Shown one piece after another: positions 37,931 through 50,412 of a stretch of 64,000 nt of DNA; position 1 is the first letter of the stretch; each line of letters begins with the position of its first letter. The notes beneath the pieces are model-generated. The model did no database searches and was not told where the DNA came from. It was given only the letters and a program-made list of their open reading frames with translations. The position numbers and the translations under genes are program-made. The DNA is taken from the NCBI GenBank assembly GCA_040954595.2, contig CM082597.2:10013778-10077777 (forward strand), read 5' to 3'. Source of the stretch: Balanoglossus misakiensis (taxonomy: Eukaryota; Animalia; Hemichordata).

Positions 37931-39329
37931 AATAACTAAAATCATCAGCGTAAATTAAATGATTAACCTTATAGTCCCCTACAAGGCAGCCATACGGAAG
38001 AGCGGAAAGATTTTTGCTAATTTCATCGAAGTAAACTGTGAAAAATATAGGTGACGTAATTCCCCCCTGTTTAACCCCATTCTTTGAGTGAAAAGGTTTA
38101 GATAACAACCCATTCCATCTCACCACAAAATCTTGGTGCCTATACATGTATGACAAAATCTTAATGAGATAAGGATTGACACCCCTCGCCAAAAGTTTTA
38201 CAAAGAGAATATCGTGACGAACATAATCAAAAGCTTTGGATGCATCCATAAAAGTGACAAAAACAGGAGTGTTACAACGCTTGTAATAGTTCAAAATTTC
38301 TTTAAGCACAAAAATAGACATATCGGTACCATGGCCTGGTTTAAATCCAAACTGGTGCTCGCTAGTCGTTAGACAATCCATGCAGCAATTTAACCAAACT
38401 CTCTCTAACAGTTTAGATATCGTTGTTGCAACGGCAACAGGACGGTAGTTAGATTTGTCACAAATGTCACCACCTGGGTTTTTTGGAATGGGAACTAAAA
38501 CCGTAGTCATCAATTGTTTGGGAACAATGCCATGAATTAAAATAGCCGTGAAACAGAGGGAAAGTAGAACAATGACTCTGTATGGCGCATACTTCAGGTG
38601 CTCAGGTGACACCATGTCGATACCCAACGATGCACCTGTCTTAAGGTTCTTAATTAATTCACAAATTTCTTCATGGTGTACAATCATGTCATCACAGTAC
38701 TCAATGTTCATAAAATCAGGTGCTGACTCTTTTCCAGTTTTTGTCAAAATATTCTCGTAATGGTCTTTCCACATATTAACCACTTCAACATCACCCGTAT
38801 GACCATCAATAGATCATATGATGGAGATATTGATCTACCTTTCCGTTTACTGACATCTTTCCAGTACGCCTTGGAGTTTTTCTTTAATTTTACAGCCAGG
38901 GCATTTGCGCGCATTTCTTTTTCTGCCTTCTTACAATTTGCTAACTGCCTTTTAAATGGAGCTCTGGACCTGCGCATAAGTTCAAAGAAGGGACCAAATT
39001 TAGGGGAGCCATTATCCTTCCAGATTAAAAAAATCAGTGCGAGCTTTGTCATAATAATCTTTGACTAGAGCATTCCAACCAGGAATTGCATGCTTATTTG
39101 AGTGTGTAATTTTAGGAAGAGTCCTATCCGCTGCGGTTAATAGTACAGATATAATATCATTGTAAAAAGTGTCAATCAACTCTGAATGTATACAGCAGTC
39201 TGGATCAGTACATGCCAGTGCTTCAACAGGAATATAAACTTCAGATAAAAGTCTATCACAATACACTTTATAGTTTTCAAGTTGACAAGAGGACGCTTTG
39301 TTCCAACTAGGACTATGTTTGAAACTTCT

Positions 39330-39815
39330 ACAATAGGACTGGCCCAATCCGACCTATCGGTTTTTACAATGACGCCGTTTTTCTCGAGTTTTTCCAACTC
39401 TTTTTCGACTGCATCTTTCAGAGCATAAGGAACTCTACGTGGCTTGATAAACACATGTTTTGCATTATCACGAACAGTGATGTGCGCTTCAAACCCTTTC
39501 ATACCCTCATAGCTGTCATCAAACAACTGTGCATGTTTTGACAGAAGCTATCAAGTTGTTTCTTTGCATTGCTCTGATTCGAGACACTTGTGGCAGATGA
39601 ATTGATGACACTGAATATCTCACCCCAATTCAACCTGATCTTATTGAGCCAATTTCTGCCCAATAAAATAGGTTTTCTCACAACATTAGCCACTACCATG
39701 GGCAATATGACCTTTTGGCCATTGTATTCTACTTTGCAGCTCATTTCACCACAATTATCGAGCATTTCACCTGCATGTCGCATGTGACATTGTTTACTGA
39801 CATTTTTACTGTGTA
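39330..39815 (-). mobile_element. Upstream part of the same Gypsy pol (protease end to RT start)
   Basis: ILLGRNWL, PRRVPYALKDAVEKEL...SDWASPIV; resumes as KADKSVRICGDY at 31180. Confidence 0.92.
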
Positions 39816-39817
39816 AC

Positions 39818-41955
39818 TTTTTAGCTCTGCTGTCACTTGTGTCAGCCGAGCTGTAGCAGTAGGTTGATAAGTGTCCGTCCGTCGTCTGTCGTCCGTCAAC
39901 TTTTGGTATTTCAATCTTCTTCTTTAAAACTACTTGGCATATTTAGCTGAAATTTGGTTGGAATATGTGTTATGGTGCCAAAAAAAAAAAAAAGTTTTGT
40001 TTAGCGTCCTCGCGTGCGTCACTTTTAAACATGCGCGTCAAGGCTTTTTTTTCGTAATTTTCGAACCTGGAAATCAACTTGCAGTGTTTTCTCCAGGACG
40101 CGCAATCGCGCGATTCCCCCTCTTTTACACTTGAAGCGCCCCTTGTAACAAGTTCAGGGGGGCGACAATCGCCCCTTCTTGAGCAGCCCACCCGGCCAGT
40201 ACATGCACGTCCAAGCCTCCATAGCAGGCACCGTCAGTCAAAACACTGGGAAAACGGCCGATATTACTGCGTGCTGGCCTATATATTTTAACTTCCCACC
40301 CCCCAAAACTATGTTGTAGATGACTTTCACATTCATTTACGTGTAATTTAGCTCCAGGGCTATAGTGTGCAATTGTTGGAACAGCCTATCTGGATACTGT
40401 CTAAATTTAGAGCACACACTCTGCACTCAAGTGAACTTGTTGTTATGGCGACTTTTGAAATTGGGTTGGCAGAACGTAACAATTTTATGCAAATTAAAGA
40501 AACTGCGTTCCTGTCATGGCGAATGTATCAGTTTTCCATGACCTTGTTTTCTTACTTAGGAAGGAAAGTCATTCAATATGTACAGAGACTGTTTATTTGA
40601 GTAGTGTGCCTAGCCACAGATGGGGAAGTGTAGGCAGAAATCTGAAGAAATATATACCACTTCAATTTATTTAACTATTAATGGTTTCACAATCTAATAT
40701 TTTGGCAGCTAAACTGAAACTTTTAAAATCAAACAAGAAATTTTTTTCTCAGGTATAGTATTAAAGAAAGACACTATTGTCATTTCACTCTACTTGCCAG
40801 GGGAGCAGTTAATCAGTCACTCTCCTACCACTTGTGTAATTAATTTCAGGAGAGTTATTTTCAGCTCTCCAGCATTTTTTAAATTACATGCCCTGAAAGT
40901 TATGCAAGCTGGTGTCTTCTGTAACTGTTAATATGTTGTCAAGTTCACATGTAAAATGTTGTAATTTACTTATGCTGTTTTTAATATGGAATGAAGGCAG
41001 TTAGTAAGTTAACATTCAAAATTGTCATTCCTTGATGTTTACCTAATTAACATAAATTAAGCAAATCATGATTCCCCCCTTCTTTGACCAAATCCCCCCC
41101 CCCCCTTAATTTTGGACTATTAAAGAAATATTTGCTGTTCTTGTTTCGCAGAAAAAAAAAAAAAAAAAAAGAAGCCGCGTCACCGCATCAATTTTGAGAT
41201 TTTGCTTGGACGCTAAACAAAACCCTTTTTTTTTTTTGGCCTTACCTGATTTTGTTAATTTGGATTTGATGGGGTCATGAATATGCAAATTAGATCTAAA
41301 AATAGAAGTTTTGGTAAAAATCTTCTTCTCCACAACTACATGTACAATGGAGCTGAAATTTAGTAGGAATGTGTGTTATGGTGCCCCTACCTGATTTTGT
41401 TAATTTGGATTTGATGGGGTCATGAATATGCAAATTAGATCTAAAAATAGAATTTTTGGTCAAAAATCTTCTTTTCCATAACTACATGTACGATGGAGCT
41501 GAAATTTGGTAGGAAAGTGTGTTATGGTGCCCCTTCCTGATTTTGTTAATTTGGATATGATGGGGTCATAAATATGCAAATTAGATCTAAAAATAGAATT
41601 TTTGGTAAAAAATCTTTTCCCTAAATACATGTACGATGGAGCTGAAATTTGGTAGGAATGTGTGTTATGGTGCCCCTACCTGATTTTGTTAGTTGGAATT
41701 TTGATGGGGTCATGAATATGCAAATTAGAACCTTGGTGCTTCCTTTTGATGTTGTTCTTTAGGAATAAATTCTTTCTTTCTTTAGCACAATGAATCAAGC
41801 TGAATTTGGATATTAAATACTTGTGATGTCTATGTTTGGTTTTGTTTAATAGAATACAATTGTTATGATTAAAACCTAGGGTATTCATATCATTGCCCAG
41901 CTATAGGTTTCACTGTTAAAGTCAGCAGAGCTCTTTTGACCGATAGGTCACTTTT
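39818..41955 (+). mobile_element. HINE N3, full length, 145-bp array, interrupted
   Basis: subTIR AGCTCTGCTG/CAGCAGAGCT; 3' TGACC-GATA-GGTCA hairpin plus T-run. Confidence 0.8.
39977..41241. mobile_element. Zator/Harbinger-like TIR element
   Basis: GCC-A(n)-GTTTTGTTTAGCGTCC ... GGACGCTAAACAAAAC-CC-T(n)-GGCC-TTA. The left TSD has been lost. Confidence 0.7.
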
Positions 41956-42812
41956 TTTATCTTTAAAACCGCATGCCAGATTGCTTTGCAATTTGGTAGG
42001 CATGTTCGTAGGGGTAACCTAAGTAATATGTTGTAAAAAAAATGTGATATTTGCATAAATAGGCTATTGGGAAAACTTTTGCAATTTTTGTCAAAAATTG
42101 TTTTCTCTGAAACCGCTTGTCATATTGCATTGAACTTTGGCAGCATGGTCCTTGTAGTGATTGAAGTAAGATATTGTACAATATTTGTGTTTTTGCCACT
42201 TTTGAACAAATATTTTCTGTGAAACTGCTTGTGGGATTGCTTTGAAATTTGTTTTTTCTCTGATTGCTTTGAAATTTTGGATATGATTTCATAACACATA
42301 CATGTATATGTGCAACTTTTATTCAATTCTGATATCAGAAATATTCAATATTTAGCGAGTATTTTTGTAAGTTTCTTTGTTTATGGTTAGCAAATCTTCT
42401 CATAAACCAATTGTCCAGTTGTTTTTAAAGTTACTATTTACAAGGAGTTGTTACCCCGAACTAAGACATGTTTACATAACTTTAATAGGCCAGCTGTTAC
42501 AGAGACCACCAGCTATTAAATTTTTAATTACCAGTGGCAGGTCAGTGTGTGTGTGTGTCTGTTCCAGGGCTGACTGAAAGAAGTTGCTTCTCATATGTGT
42601 TTGTACAGACAATATTTGGTCAATTTTTTTTCTAGCACCACTTGTAAGACTGCCATGACACATGACAGTTTATTGTTAATTTTTTTACATTCCTTATTTC
42701 TATATATGGTAAGATCATATCTGCTTGCAATGTCACCTGTAATTTTTATTCTGGTGTGTCACTATTTCCGCATAATCCTCAAATGGGACCATAGTGTCCT
42801 TGACGCTATTTT
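41954..42812 (+). mobile_element. 3' part of HINE N2 subfamily A
   Basis: Matches 19357-19775 joined to 20975-21457. Confidence 0.8.
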
Positions 42813-43265
42813 TAAAGATGGTATCTGATCTTAGACGCTTCAGAACCGTCTTAAAGGTGTGTGTGTGACCCCCATATATAGTATAGTTCTATACATGTAG
42901 TTAAGCCATTAAGCCTAAATGAGTTTTTAATACTTGAATAGCATCTGTGAAGAGGAGCCAGTAAAAATTCCCTTGTGGAGTATCAGACTGAGAAGAGACT
43001 TCTTGTGGTCGAGGTCCTGGGATCATTTCCCAGCATGTCTCTTTGCAGTTTTTTATCCAGTGAAGACCAAGTTTGTACATCAAAGTTCACCAAATCTTTG
43101 AATGTGTCGGTTTACTAGTAAATCTTACTGTTTCTAACAAAGTGTCATGACGAGAATATCAGTTATGGGGAAATAAGAAGTATGGTTTGAACAATGGGCA
43201 CAGGGCAAAGAGTGGTATAACTGTGTTTAATATTGATATTCTAATATTGCTGTATTGCCACACAG

Positions 43266-43443
43266 AAAAATCCTGGAGCAATTCGGAACCCTGAAGAAGA
43301 CAAAGGTCAAGAATATTTGCTGATGGATTTGCAAGTGGACCTGAAAGAGTCAGACAAGTTCAGTAAACACATCCACAATGCCTGTATAGAAGCACAGGAA
43401 TCAACATACATTAGAGAAAGTGATGTGAGAGCTTTGTCTAAAG
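43266..43443 (+). CDS. OAF: OAF coding exon 3
   Basis: CACAG acceptor. Translates KNPGAIRNPEEDKGQEYLLMDLQVDLKESDKFSKHIHNACIEAQESTYIRESDVRALSK, which continues exon 2 as the conserved KLRQ|KNP..IR.PEE.G. 178 nt, GTACAG donor (phase 1). Confidence 0.92.
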
Positions 43444-44341
43444 GTACAGTATATATGTTTAGTCTAGGTCAATTTGACACATTATATGCAACTACCTGTA
43501 AGCCAATATGATATTACATGAAAATATTTCATGATACTTGATGTTCAGTGATAGTGATGTAAGGCAGATCCCTTTTGAAGTCACCATAAACTTCAAATTT
43601 GAAAGTAACTGTTAACATGTTTGAATAATGACATAAAATGTTGGCTTAAATGTTGGTTTGCAGAGATAATTTAAACCCATAAAAGCAGATGCATACAATG
43701 TATTGTTGCTACCATTGTAATCCATGTGGATGAAATCTGGCTCTAGGAATTATGGATAAGATCAAATCCATTCTTCCATCACATGTCATTTTTCAGACAC
43801 GTTAAACTTATTTTTACAAACTGAGTTCAAAGGTTGCACTCTAAGGCAGTTCCAGGTTGATTTTTTGTGATATGATCCAATACATTCACCAGAGCTATTT
43901 TTGTGACATATGGATTTTTCTGATTTTGCTGCTGGAATTCATCTGGTAGTGAACTCTAACCTTCAATTATTTATTCTGAATTTAAATCTAAAATTAAGTT
44001 TGATATAATTGTTTGTTTATCTGTCTTATTTCTATCATATGAATTTTTATGAGATAATATTTCTTCTCATTTACAAGATAACAGTTACTGTGATGAGGTT
44101 CACAGTGTATGTAGTATTCAGTGAATGTAATAATTCGTCGTCGGTCGTCACTATTACCTTTATTTTTCATTGCTTTTGAGGTTTCATTTCCAGTGCGGCT
44201 CGGCACGTCATAAATGTGAGACAAGTACATGTAGTTTACATTTGCTAGTCTTTGTATAGCCATAACTGTGATCAGAAAATGAACTGTGCAAAGTTTTAGG
44301 TCACTGGCTAGACTTGCTCAAAGTCTAAGGGCTTCGTTAGT

Positions 44342-45104
44342 GGCTAGTTATACTTTGCGAAACAGCGAAACGACGAAACCATTATTAAAATAGGGGCCAG
44401 TCATCAAGACGGTGGCGTATGATTTTTTTAAAAGTTTCCAAATTAAAACGTAAGCGAGCCAAGAAAACTACAGGTCAGATAAATTGTTTTCTCGGAAATT
44501 CAACATTAGAATCAAATTTGACGTTGGAAACAAACGGCGGGTCGCCAGTTCCTGGTCTGCGGCCTGGTACTATGTAGTGGTAGATTCGACGTCGTGTGTA
44601 CGCAAACGATTCATGCCAAACTGCTACATATACACAGTGAATATACGCGCGCGCACAACGAAACCACAAAAGATCGAAACCTCAAAATGCGGCAGCAACT
44701 GTCACTATTTCCTTAAATACCACAAGGCGGGGAGGCATGAATTGCAATTAAGATAATAAAGAAATTTCGACAATGATACTGTGTTGTGTGAGTTACATGT
44801 GTTTCTATATATAACTACTACTCTTACCCCCCATCAGTGTTTGACCCTCGAAAGCTTACGGACACTACTGCTTTGTTTCAACTAATCCTTAGCCCTGTGA
44901 ATATACTCGTACATTGACCTTTTGGGGCGGGATTCTTTTTTGGCGCGCAACCACTAGTACCAGGCCGCAGACCAGGAACTTTTTTGGAAACTTTTTAAAA
45001 AATCATACGCCACCGTCTTGATGACTGGCCCCTATTTTAATATTGGTTTCGTCGTTTCGCTGTTTCGTTTCGCTGTTTCGTTGTTTCGCAAAGTATAACT
45101 AGCC
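44342..45104. mobile_element. TIR element with 8-bp TSD
   Basis: TIR GGCTAGTTATACTTTGCGAAACA, TSD TCGTTAGT. Confidence 0.88.
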
Positions 45105-45124
45105 TCGTTAGTTCATACATTTAA

Positions 45125-45564
45125 ACCCCGGTGCGGGGTATAAAAGACCCCCCAAATCAGTGGCGAATCTTAATGCCGTTTGACTGACAACAGACAACAC
45201 CAACGATCTTGGCTCTATGAAAATCGGCCCAAACAGGTCCAAGCATAAAGAATTACATCACACAATGACAGTAGTTGGCTTAATATAAACACACACAACA
45301 TAAAGTTATCGACGAAAAAGTACACGAGCTTTTGAAACAACGATGATTTTGGGAGAAATCTGGTTTCAGTGCTTTTAAGAAGCGTCCCTGGGAAACAATA
45401 ACCACGCCATTCAAACAGCTGTCAATCGCGTAGAGGTGTAAAGTGTTCAATTATTTTCTATGTACATGAGATCAATTACAGTCATTATGCACTATGACCA
45501 CTCCCAAATAAACAACTATACAAATAAACGTTAATCCGAACCCCGGTACTTTCCGCCCTGGGGT
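45125..45564. mobile_element. piggyBac-like MITE (a related single end at about 16325)
   Basis: TTAA-ACCCCGGTGCGG ... CCGCCCTGGGGT-TTAA. Confidence 0.65.
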
Positions 45565-46252
45565 TTAAAAGCAATTTGTTCCGAGTCTCCCTATGTAGCG
45601 TATGTGGAGTAAAAGACAGCGAGTTCAGCGCGTGTGTCTAGGAAATGTGTAGGCCCATAGACTTGTACACCTTGCTGCTTTCCAGTTGCTATGAATTATT
45701 GTCATCTCATGAATATGTATTAGCTAATTTAAATAGTCAGCGGAGTTTCAACGCATGACCTCGCGTACCCGAAATTCATACCTACGAAATATGTGTGTGC
45801 CTTGTTATCTCTTGGAGCTAGTGATAAACGCAAAAGGGTTTATTTCTTTTCAGTCATTCAATGTGAAATTTGGTCATCAATTTGTATGTTCGCCTGACGT
45901 CTGAAACCATAGTTGCAGCACAGCGACATTGTGTAACTATGTACATGCTTAAATTTTGAATACAGATTGCGGGTGCCACACAAACAGACTTGAGATGAAG
46001 CCAGATGCTTTCCACCTGAACATCTACACGCGAACATGGGTTCTACGCATTCACGTTATGTTTATATCTCTTTATGCTTATTGGCGCATGGGATCGACGC
46101 CCCTGTCAATCATTCTCGACTATGTCAACAAACTGCCTGAGCATTTGTAGATTTTGCAAGGTGTACTAGTCGCTTGGTCGACGCTACCCAAAACCATGAG
46201 CTCAGTCCCAAATTCGAAACTCGCCTCACTACCAGAAACACGCTCAAGGCAA

Positions 46253-46564
46253 GGTAGAGTTGACTTTTCAGAGCCCTCTGACTCAGAGCCCCTCAGAGCC
46301 CTCTGAAGTTTTAAAACCTCAGAACCCGGACCTCAGAATTCTTTTTGACCTCAGATATAACCTCAAAATTTACCTGTATAGTTAAATATAACGATTACAA
46401 ATACAATGTAGGTGTAATGTTGCCAAAATTACTCCCGCAGAAAATATGACGTACTACATTGTATGGCAAGTGCGAGATCGTGACTGCCTATTACCCGCCA
46501 TATTTGTTTTCGAAGTTTATGTCGATTTCAGATTCAGATTAAGCCGGGGATTCCAATTCACCAG
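46253..46564 (+). mobile_element. Solo TIR of the 31790-37213 family
   Basis: Colinear with 31790-32100. Confidence 0.88.
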
Positions 46565-47350
46565 TTCAACTCCATATACGCACTCGCTATCGCTCGTGCG
46601 TATATGTCGTGAACTGGTCAAAATCTCGTGGTATACCATGGCTGGGGGTGTTTTATTGCTATTATATTATGCCAGTATATTGAAACTTTGCATAAAATAT
46701 TTTAAAAAGGCATTTTCTTTGACTATGATATATGACTGTGGTATATGACTAATATATCACAGTCACGTGTCGTGTCTCGACCAATAAAATAGCGTGATTT
46801 ACACCATCAATATACTGGTATAATATAATTAAGCAATAATGCACTGCTGGCAGTGCTAAAACGGGCCCCTGAACTAGCATACGGCAACAAAAATGTGCGG
46901 TTAAACCACAGTCGTGCGTGTTTAAACCAAATAAATAAAACAAAAATACTGTTGAATTAACGGACGTTTTATTTTGGAACTGCTCTGTGGAAATATTTGT
47001 CACTTTGCCACGCGCGATGCCCGTCTTGTCACTTGTTGTCGTCTGCTTCATGTTTAATGCTCGATCCCGGCTGGATCGCAGCCGCTCGTGTTTACATTCA
47101 TCGTCGCCATGTTGGTTCACGATCGTAATTTCTCTTTCTGACGCCGTTTCGGTAAGAAAATGACACTGATATGCCACAAAAACAGTTGTTGATATAATAT
47201 AATAGCAATAACCCCAGCCTCAGTCGGGTATACACTCGATTTGGGTACCATTCGCTCCATATAGCACTCGCCTGACGGCTCGTGCTATATGTCTCGAATT
47301 GTACCCAAATCTCGTATATACCCGCCTGTGGCGGGGGTTATTGCTTAATT
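46560..47350 (-). mobile_element. Cluster of Crypton-like hairpin elements (family X5)
   Basis: Hairpins at 46560-46660 (partial) and 47202-47347 with repeated CTCG in both arms. Inverted pair CCAGTATATTGA/TCAATATACTGG. Confidence 0.6.
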
Positions 47351-48030
47351 ATTTAACAGTGATTATATTATATCAGTGTAACATGGCCACAATTACAAAT
47401 ACAGTGTTGTGATTGGTTGAGAGCCTGTGTTAATTTATGCAAGCCACGGTTAAAATGTCTGCGTCATGCCCTTGATTTCCAGTCAAAATCTCTATCATAG
47501 GAGCATTTTCAAACACTGCCTACTGTGTTGATTAAAAAAAAAAACATGTACGCGGCGGCAAAATTCTTAACACATAACAGGTCTTGCAATTTACACGCCA
47601 AACCAGGTAGTGGACCTTTGCCTATAGGGCAAAACTGTATTAACCGCCATTTTGAAAACCGCGTTGCATTGTAGGAACGGCTCGATGATAATAATACTTT
47701 TCAGAACAGTAGACGACTATTAGAACTAAAATCTGACCTTGAAATGAGAGTTTGTCGGGAAAAAAATGCTTGGAAGGAGCAGAGTGTCTCGGTAGGTGTC
47801 TACATTACAACGCTGTGGGTCTTCCGGGTACTCAATGCCCCCCCCCCCCCCCTCAATTGTTCCACAATGCAACACAGTTTTCAAGATGGTGGTTAATACA
47901 GCTTTGCCCTATACTGTCCTTCATGACTGGAACGGCCTAATTGCATAATCTTCCCCAAAAATAAAGCCAGCTATGTCAACAGTCACAGACCATTGGTAAA
48001 CACTTGTAATAAAGCTTTCTGCAGTAAATA

Positions 48031-48724
48031 GGGCGTTCTCACTGGCACGTTTACACCGGTTCTACACCGGTGTAGATTTGACACCGACGGAAAAAAACAA
48101 GTGAGAACGCTTTACACCGGTGCTGGGCCGGTGTAAATTTGCGACGGCGATGGGTGGTGGGTCAGGGCCAGTGCTGGGCCAGCGCTCCGACGCAAATAGT
48201 CAGTGAGAACGCAAAGATAAACAAACACCGTTCAAAAGAGCCACCCTGCTGTGACTTTTGGGTATGTTTATGAGGTATAGCCCATTGTCTTTGGTCAGTT
48301 TCCATTGTGAAGTCAATCACACTGGACGTGAGTGGTTTTCAAACCATTCGCGGTTTGCCAGGTCTGCAACACTTCTGTCTACCACCAACTTACAGAAGGT
48401 TCTCTCGATCACCGAAAAGCCAAGGCATTTTCCATTTATGGATTAACATTCATTTACTTCTAAACGTTATCAAAACTGTCATGAAGACGACAAAGTCGTC
48501 TAGAACGCATTTGCAGGTATAGAAACTGAAACTTGTTGCTGTAATGTCCTCAATTTTGTCAGTTGCCGTGTTGCTAAATTTGCCATTTAGACGGTGTTTA
48601 TTTCAAAACAGTGGCCAAAAGTTTAGTGTGTGGACACACAGAGATTCTGTGGGCTAATCCCCTGTGTTTGTAGAGAGTAAACACTGGCATAGCACCAGTG
48701 TCGAAAGTTTTAGTGAGAACAAGC
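48031..48724 (+). mobile_element. Harbinger-type element H2, copy 1 (others at 61550-62221 and 63077-63780)
   Basis: TIR GGGCGTTCTCACT/AGTGAGAACAAGC. Minus-strand relic NREWFEN resembles a Harbinger transposase N-terminus. Confidence 0.75.
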
Positions 48725-49261
48725 TTAAACATAAGCAAGGTCACTCTACACATCCGAATTAAAATAAGCTGTAGCTTGAAGTTCGGAAAGGTGGAAAAAG
48801 TCGACTAGACAGGCTTTGGGGTACACGCTCACCTGGCACTTTTGCTTGAAAATTATCAAACCGTGATATGAGATTGAAGACTGCAACAAGCCTCGACTTC
48901 ACCACCCAAAGGGTGATTTCACGTGTTGTGGGTATAGGCATGTCGTAGACCCTTTAATAGAACATAATGCACTGATGCCCCTGAATATGAATACAAGTTG
49001 GATACGTAATCAAACAACAGGGAAGGCAAGATATGATATCATGCAAACCATTTCTGGCATGCACTTCAAAATAACATTTATTTGACAATGTTATTAAAAA
49101 TTTTGATTGTCTTCCTATTTGGAGGACGTGAGTATTTCTAGAGAGGGTTAAAATACTGGTACTCAGGCCCATTTCATTTAACCACTGTTACTAGGAAACA
49201 CCATTCTTTGAACGTGGGCCATTCTTATTAATTTTAATGTCTAGAAAATAACAAAGTGAAG

Positions 49262-49417
49262 ATTATATAAAATAATAGCAATAACCCCCCGCGGAGGGTG
49301 GGTATACCTCTCAATATTGCACAATTCACTCCATATATGCACATGCCTGCGGCTCTTGCATACATGTCATGAATTGTGCTATTGTGGTATACCTGCTCTC
49401 AGCGGGGGTTTATTAAG
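49262..49417 (-). mobile_element. Diverged X5-like hairpin
   Basis: aatagcaataaccccccg...ggtatacc...ggtatacc...cgggggtttatt. Confidence 0.55.
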
Positions 49418-50412
49418 ATCTTGATTACCTGGTACTCCTGGGGTATATCATTGTAGTCATTGTATAGATCAGAGTAATTTATTGAAACAACCTACTTTTC
49501 AAACTGCATTTTTACTTTTACTGTTATTGATGAAAAGTAATGCTTTCTTCTGTAGCCTAACTTTCACCGCTTTATAGTGTACATAACTAACAGTCCTGCA
49601 GGATGGTCACATGGGGGAGGCACAGTGTCATTCCTGACACTCATTCTATGAGAATTTTCTTCAATGACAGAAAACTAAATCTTTCCAATAGTATGGAGAC
49701 TCAAGGGTTGTCTTCATCATCATGCATGTATCTTTTTGCCCGTTGCTATGGGCCTTTATAGGACACTACACTCAATTTTGAACAAAACCGAAATATACTT
49801 TTAGGGGATTCTGAGCTCGACAATTAACAGAGAAATATTTATTTCAATTCATTTTGAGTGAATTTCTTAGGTCGTATCCTGAACATAAACTAACATAATT
49901 GTGTGCAATGAAATGGGTGTTCGAGTAAGGGCAGGTTTTATTACTGAAATTGTTCACATTGCCACTGAGGCATCAATCTGATTAAAATACAGGGAACGGC
50001 GACGTGGTTTTTTGTGCTATTGCCTCACACTACATCTGACCAACTCTCACTGGAGCTCCCGTTGAAATCTTCGGGATTTACTGGGCCATTTATAAACCAA
50101 TCAAAAGGTGCCTTATAGGGAACGATTGGTATCCCAATTTGCACATGACCTGGCCCCTTGCGGCTGTTACCATGGAGCTACCACAGACATATATCCCGGG
50201 CGCGAGAGCTGAATCAACATGGGGAATGGTTTCAAGCAAGTTCAGCATGATGACTGAACCTCTATAGTCCACCGGCCAACGAAATGTATAAGACGTGGCA
50301 ACAAGTCGCAGTAAAATTGTTAGAGAATTGATTACATTTGTGAAAGGCCGTCCCAGGGTGAGATTCTGTCGCCACGATCGTTTGTATTTCTGCAGAAACG
50401 TGTACCGACCGA

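Larger units (their letters stand above)
31181..39329 (-). mobile_element. 5'-truncated LINE (RTE-X/Proto2-like, clade tentative) inserted in the Gypsy RT; pieces at 37925-39329 and 31181-31789
   Basis: IPGWN, NYRPVAV, QFGFK, DASKAFD, GVKQGGITSP, YADD, YKYLGH. (TAA)n tail at 31181-31206. Confidence 0.88.

Noticed and set aside
45956-46150. Candidate OAF exon 4 (AG, then in-frame DCGCHT...)
   Set aside because: It lacks the OAF C-terminal cysteine/WYPC pattern and has a weak polypyrimidine tract.
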